64,000 nucleotides of DNA from a virus, in the IMG/VR virus record IMGVR_UViG_3300032331_002826, positions 10,204 to 74,203 of that record; one strand, 5' to 3'. The translations under genes were made by a program, and so were the position numbers. The notes beneath the pieces were generated by a model that was not told the DNA's origin, did not search any database, and worked only from the letters and a program-made list of their open reading frames with translations. This document shows positions 59,546 through 64,000 of the stretch, in pieces; position 1 is the first letter of the stretch, and every line of letters begins with the position of its first letter.

Positions 59546-60451
59546 CTACACCACAACTAGGTTGCTGTCAACAGAAAAGTTGTTTACCAACGTCATTTGT
59601 GGTCGAACATACTGATTCACTGAATGAAAAACCATCTCTGGATTAACTCGAAAATCATTCTTTTCGTCGATGATAAGTATCTGAGTATTTTCGTTTCGAT
59701 ACATTTCAATCAATTCTTTTGTAACCTGTAATCCAAACACATTTGCGTCTGGATACTGAGTTATGAATGGTTCTACCACCCGTTTAACATCCGAAAATAA
59801 TTGACTCAACTCTGAGGATTTTGGTTCTTTTGCCAACTGGTAGATGTTAGAAAAGAACGCATAAAATTCGTTTAACTTGACTTTGGAAACAGATGCATCC
59901 GAATCTCCAATAACATCATCATACATCCTTTTTATCTTAACAACGCTTTCATGTTTACTGTAACTACAATAATTGAAAAACCTTTTAAGACCAAAAGTAA
60001 CGTATCTAAAATTGTTGATCGTTTCAATGTTTACGTTTGTGCCAAATCTAATTGCCTCATTGGCATCCTTAATACGTTTGACTTCGTATCGTGTATTGTT
60101 GAACTTAAGATCGCCCTTGTCAATTCTCACCGAATCTCGAAACAACAAATACAAAGCAAACTCTCCTTCACCAACTTGGACTTTCTTGTATTCCAAAAGT
60201 TTAGGGTTGCTCTTGATAAAAGAAAATGCAGATTCTATAGTTTGATCCGTCAATCTAAACAACGTCAAATAGTTAACCAACAATTGATGATCATCATTGG
60301 AAACTTCAGTACCAAAAAACACTTTCCATTTGAGCTGAACATATTCATCGATGCTAAATATTTCTGGAGTTGAAGTCAATGATTCGATTGTTTCTTTTGA
60401 AACAATATAACGAGCGGACTTTGGCTTGACTTCAACTACACAATCAAACAT
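59546..60451 (-). CDS. Putative PD-(D/E)XK endonuclease
   Basis: VGEGEFAL...KGDL......YEVK. Confidence 0.5.
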   Translation of the reverse strand: MFDCVVEVKPKSARYIVSKETIESLTSTPEIFSIDEYVQLKWKVFFGTEVSNDDHQLLVNYLTLFRLTDQTIESAFSFIKSNPKLLEYKKVQVGEGEFALYLLFRDSVRIDKGDLKFNNTRYEVKRIKDANEAIRFGTNVNIETINNFRYVTFGLKRFFNYCSYSKHESVVKIKRMYDDVIGDSDASVSKVKLNEFYAFFSNIYQLAKEPKSSELSQLFSDVKRVVEPFITQYPDANVFGLQVTKELIEMYRNENTQILIIDEKNDFRVNPEMVFHSVNQYVRPQMTLVNNFSVDSNLVVV

Positions 60452-60526
60452 GCCCTATAACTAGGGCAATACATAAGATTGACTCTGGAAATTTTAAAAA
60501 TTCTTGTGGGTCAACTCAATGAAACT

Positions 60527-61222
60527 CTATTTCCATGCGTATATCATGGATTGAAATGGTCTGGATAGTACAGTTACATAGTAAAATCCATTTTCAGATA
60601 GTTTTGCAGCAAAGTTAAACCGTTCAGCAGTTCTCTGTTGTTCGGTAATGGTTTGATCTTCATGATATTCAATTGCCATTTTTTGTATCTTATCCCACGA
60701 TGTGTTACTTACGTTATTGAACACAGTTTTTTCATGTCCTTCAATATCAACTTTTAGAAAATCAATTCGATCAAAATTGTGTTGTGCAACGTATTGATCA
60801 AATGTAATACACCGTACCTTTCGTGTATTTGCATATGGCCACTGATTGACATCAATTGATCCTTCTGATTGTGAGATTGCAACGTTGTCAACAATCCAAT
60901 TTGATGATTTATTTCTCAATAGAGCCTCATAACAATCAACATCGGGTTCTACACAGTATATCTTTCCTGCTTTTCTTCGTTCTGCATTTAATGCAGCCAT
61001 ACCAATGTTTGCACCCAAATCAACGCAAATATCACCCTCGCTTATTCCAGGTCCAACACTGTTTAGATCATCGTGAATCAAATTACTCCACGCCATTGTG
61101 GCTTCCCATCCATATTTGACACCCAATTCATTACATGATAAATTACGTTCAAATCTAGATACATCTACGATTTTTCCACCCAAGGTATATAACTGTTGAT
61201 ATCTATCTGATATAATTGCCAT
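60527..61222 (-). CDS. FkbM-family methyltransferase
   Basis: VDLGANIG, VEPD, LKVDIEGHE, IEYH. Confidence 0.9.
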   Translation of the reverse strand: MAIISDRYQQLYTLGGKIVDVSRFERNLSCNELGVKYGWEATMAWSNLIHDDLNSVGPGISEGDICVDLGANIGMAALNAERRKAGKIYCVEPDVDCYEALLRNKSSNWIVDNVAISQSEGSIDVNQWPYANTRKVRCITFDQYVAQHNFDRIDFLKVDIEGHEKTVFNNVSNTSWDKIQKMAIEYHEDQTITEQQRTAERFNFAAKLSENGFYYVTVLSRPFQSMIYAWK

Positions 61223-61320
61223 AACTTTTTGAATATATAGATGATCGTTAAACTAGAAGTTCGTTAGTTTTTGTGAACAAACCGATTGAGATATTGTTCA
61301 TAGAACCGATCATCAAAAAT

Positions 61321-61398
61321 TGGAGCACCGTGTTGGATTCGAACCAACGATTTTAGAGTTTTGCAGACTCTTGCCTTGGGCCACTCGACCAACGGTGC
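61321..61398 (-). tRNA. tRNA-Cys(GCA)
   Basis: Loop CUGCAAA, U73. Confidence 0.92.
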
Positions 61399-61405
61399 GT
61401 TAAAT

Positions 61406-61480
61406 TGGCTGACACTGTAGGACTTGCACCTACAATCTTTCGGGTCAGAACCGACTGCGTTTCTATTACGCCAAGTGTCA
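61406..61480 (-). tRNA. tRNA-Gln(CUG)
   Basis: Loop UUCUGAC, G73, T-loop UGCAAGU. Confidence 0.83.
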
Positions 61481-61489
61481 ATCTTAAAC

Positions 61490-61566
61490 TGGAGCCTCAT
61501 GACAGACTTGCACTGTCCTCTTTAGTTTACGAAACTAACACATCAAGCTATCTATGTTTATGAGGC
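61490..61566 (-). tRNA. tRNA-Thr(CGU)
   Basis: Loop UUCGUAA, T-loop UGCAAGU. Confidence 0.82.
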
Positions 61567-61571
61567 GAAAT

Positions 61572-61649
61572 TGGGGTGTACGACGAGATTCGAACTCGCA
61601 TCTGCTAGACTCACAATCTAGGGCATTAACCAATTATGCTACATACACC
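61572..61649 (-). tRNA. tRNA-His(GUG)
   Basis: Encoded G-1, C73, loop UUGUGAG. Confidence 0.92.
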
Positions 61650-61665
61650 ATTTTGATTAAAAATA

Positions 61666-61742
61666 TGGAGCCTTATTCCAGACTTGCACTGGATTCTCAA
61701 GTTTACCGAACTTGCATAATAAACTACTTATACTAATAAGGC
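61666..61742 (-). tRNA. tRNA-Thr(GGU), atypical (C33)
   Basis: Loop UCGGUAA, T-loop UGCAAGU, weak D-stem. Confidence 0.7.
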
Positions 61743-61747
61743 AATTA

Positions 61748-61896
61748 TTTGAACACAGTTGGATTATTTATACCAACACAGTATCAATTCTTAGAGCCAG
61801 TTACGATTCAGAGTCGCACCGTGGATACTTCACTCGGCAGTTAGCTGGATACGTTTTCCAGTCGTCTTAGCGACAAATATTCGCCTTGTGTTCAAA
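61748..61896 (-). ncRNA. Unclassified multi-branch RNA
   Basis: 10-bp closing stem UUUGAACACA/UGUGUUCAAA with several internal hairpins. Confidence 0.45.
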
Positions 61897-61898
61897 AA

Positions 61899-61975
61899 TG
61901 GTGGGCATGGCAGGATTCGAACCTGCAACTTCGAGTTTCGAAGACTCGCACTCTATCCAATTGAGTTACACACCC
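61899..61975 (-). tRNA. tRNA-Arg(UCG)
   Basis: Loop CUUCGAA. Confidence 0.92.
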
Positions 61976-61995
61976 GTTGTTAACTAACTGTCTAT

Positions 61996-62023
61996 ATCCT
62001 ATCACACTTTTTTAAAATGTCAA
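61996..62023 (-). promoter_or_regulatory. Sigma70-type promoter
   Basis: TTGACA-N16-TAGGAT with TG. Confidence 0.7.
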
Positions 62024-62030
62024 CAAAAAT

Positions 62031-62106
62031 TGGTGCTCATAGTAGGAATCGAACCTACAATCTCCTCGTTAGGACCGAGTTGCTTTATCCGTTTAGCTAT
62101 ACGAGC
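62031..62106 (-). tRNA. tRNA-Arg(CCU)
   Basis: Loop GUCCUAA. Confidence 0.87.
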
Positions 62107-62229
62107 AAAATGTTTGGTGCTAGTTGATCTGCCAGTTCGTTCTCCTTCGCCAACTACTCACACACACGAAACGATAAAAAGTGCGGTTAACACCAAACAC
62201 TCATATACATAGTGTGTCATTTCTAAAAA

Positions 62230-62306
62230 TGGTGCTGTCGAGAGGAGTCGAACCTCTAACCTGATGATTCGTAGTCATCTGCTCTATCCAATTGAGCTAC
62301 GACAGC
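62230..62306 (-). tRNA. tRNA-Arg(ACG)
   Basis: Loop CUACGAA. Confidence 0.94.
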
Positions 62307-62321
62307 ATTGATCGATCATAG

Positions 62322-63014
62322 TTAACTCACGTATGCAATTACTTCGTATCGTGGGTTAAATTGGTCACCCGAAAGATTTTCCCACGTGAAATTTATTCTG
62401 CTGTTACCAACACTTTCTCCACCCTTCTTGGAAAAAGTCAACAATCTTGTTCCTTTTTGACCTAGAAGAATATCGCCAGTAACCATATCAAGTTCAAATC
62501 CTGCAGCATCCAACGCTTTGGAAATCAATCCAAGTGTGCTCTTAAAACTTTCAAGTTTCTTCAAACCTTTCAATTCAGGAAATACTTCTAGATTTTTTGC
62601 AATCAACTTCTTTTCCTGTGGAGTAATTCGATATCCTTCCACTTTTGCTTCATCATATTGATCTGGTTCATACTCATCCTGATCATTGTAAGAATCCGCC
62701 ACACGATCAAAAATATCGTTCTGTAACTGTTCCAAATCAGAATCGGATAGATCAATCTCTTTGCCAGTTGAATCTTTTACACTTTCAATCTCAATTGACG
62801 CATCTTCATCTGGCTCCAATTGAAGACCCGTTCCACGTTCACGTGCACCACGGGATGCTGGATAATATGTGTATGTTACAGTAACATCAACCTCTTCTTC
62901 AACATCAGTTTCAGGATTGGTGATGGTCAATGTTGTATCAAACACGCTTTCATTCAGATTTTTTCTGAGTTTAAACATGTTGTCGCCGATATTTTCAAAA
63001 AGTTTTTTCTTCAT
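62322..63014 (-). CDS. Hypothetical acidic protein (late-expressed)
   Basis: ORF preceded by TATTTATA at 63022-63029; start set at MKKKLFEN. Confidence 0.65.
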   Translation of the reverse strand: MKKKLFENIGDNMFKLRKNLNESVFDTTLTITNPETDVEEEVDVTVTYTYYPASRGARERGTGLQLEPDEDASIEIESVKDSTGKEIDLSDSDLEQLQNDIFDRVADSYNDQDEYEPDQYDEAKVEGYRITPQEKKLIAKNLEVFPELKGLKKLESFKSTLGLISKALDAAGFELDMVTGDILLGQKGTRLLTFSKKGGESVGNSRINFTWENLSGDQFNPRYEVIAYVS

Positions 63015-63075
63015 ATGTCCATATAAATAGTTGTTATTATACACTTGAACAAAAATTTATATCACAATCAAAAGT

Positions 63076-63152
63076 TGGTGCACCCGGCAGGACTTGAACC
63101 TGCAACCTTCTCGGTAGAAACGAGTTGCTCTATCCAATTGAGCTACGAGTGC
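63076..63152 (-). tRNA. tRNA-Arg(UCU)
   Basis: Loop UUUCUAC. Confidence 0.9.
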
Positions 63153-63159
63153 ATAAAAT

Positions 63160-63233
63160 TGGTTGTCTCTGACGGTAACGCTCCGTCGTCTATCGATTAT
63201 CAGTCGATTGCTCTGCTATTGAGCTAAGAGACA
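63160..63233 (-). tRNA. tRNA-Ile(GAU) with an atypical T-loop
   Basis: Loop CUGAUAA, T-loop AGCGUUA. Confidence 0.82.
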
Positions 63234-63240
63234 ATTAAAA

Positions 63241-63319
63241 TGGCGAGGGTAGCCGGATTCGAACCGAGCAAGTCTGCACAGTGACAGTGTGCGATGTTAA
63301 CCAGTTACACCATACCCCC
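63241..63319 (-). tRNA. tRNA-Asp(GUC)
   Basis: Loop CUGUCAC, G73. Confidence 0.9.
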
Positions 63320-63517
63320 CCAGTAAATTGGATTTTTGAAAGGATTTCACGATAAAATGTGTTCTACATTCGTTAAGGAGTCGCACCTTAAATCTCCCGC
63401 TTTCTTTTTATGGCGGGCGTTCTTCTCTTAAACTACATTCGTATCTATCTTCAAGGAAAAAGTATCAGGAGCGACCCAATACAAACCTTTTTGACTAGCT
63501 TTGTCAAATAACTAAAA

Positions 63518-63592
63518 TGGTAGGACTCCACGGTAACGATCCGTGTTCTACTGGTTAAAAGCCAGTTGCTTCACCGTTAAAGCTTGAATCCC
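63518..63592 (-). tRNA. tRNA-Lys(UUU) with an atypical T-loop
   Basis: Loop CUUUUAA, T-loop AUCGUUA. Confidence 0.83.
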
Positions 63593-63842
63593 ATTGAAAT
63601 TGGTGGGTTCTTTCCCTCTGTCATTCATCGTGGTGCGAGAGTTCATCCTCTACCACTATCGGAGCGAATTGCCGTCGAACTTCTAAATTGGTGCTGTGCT
63701 CTCCACGCCGTCTCTGTGTTTTACCGAATGTACCGGTCGGCAGTCACTTATGGGGTCAGTTACCCATTACTAAATTGGCAGTTAGTTTAATGTGTCTTTA
63801 CACAAAAGATTTAACTACTAACTGTTCAGTGTTAGCTGAAGA

Positions 63843-63920
63843 TGGTGGATGCGGTGGGATTTGAACCCACAACCTTTCGGGTAAGAGCCGAATACTCTGA
63901 TCCAGTTGAGTTACACATCC
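63843..63920 (-). tRNA. tRNA-Lys(CUU)
   Basis: Loop CUCUUAC, canonical structure. Confidence 0.92.
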
Positions 63921-63959
63921 ATAAAAAATTGTATCTACTATTGTCAACGAACTATAATC

Positions 63960-63987
63960 ATCTTACCACACTTTATCCGCCCGTCAA
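63960..63987 (-). promoter_or_regulatory. Sigma70-type promoter
   Basis: TTGACG-N16-TAAGAT with TG. Confidence 0.7.
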
Positions 63988-64000
63988 CAATCTTCTTAAA

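Noticed and set aside
63601-63685. Second, miniature RNase P RNA (GAAGUUCGA...GAUGAAUGAC...AGAACCC)
   Set aside because: The P4 partner strand and P1/P2 are absent, so the resemblance is probably coincidental

Overview
A 64-kb segment of a large T4-like (myovirus, probably jumbo) phage genome, almost all on the minus strand, standard genetic code. Bases 1-40 kb hold the head module (scaffold, prohead protease, portal, terminase), a fused Mre11/Rad50 (gp47-gp46) nuclease-ATPase, primase, a RuvC-like resolvase, a baseplate/tail module and a gp55-like late sigma factor. Bases 40-64 kb are accessory genes (PhoH, HD hydrolase, several glycan-building enzymes, an outer-membrane beta-barrel, a PEP-CTERM mini-protein) interleaved with a dense RNA-gene region. 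That region has 32 CCA-encoding tRNAs, a tmRNA, a phage-borne RNase P RNA with a divergent specificity domain, a roughly 840-nt ornate GOLLD-like RNA with a tRNA-Thr nested inside it, and several tRNA-like or CCA-ending structured RNAs. The best candidate for an undescribed system is this RNA ensemble: a phage RNase P together with non-canonical tRNAs and tRNA mimics. Host clues point tentatively to the PVC superphylum (Verrucomicrobia). All calls come from manual motif reading and hand-folding, with no database searches.
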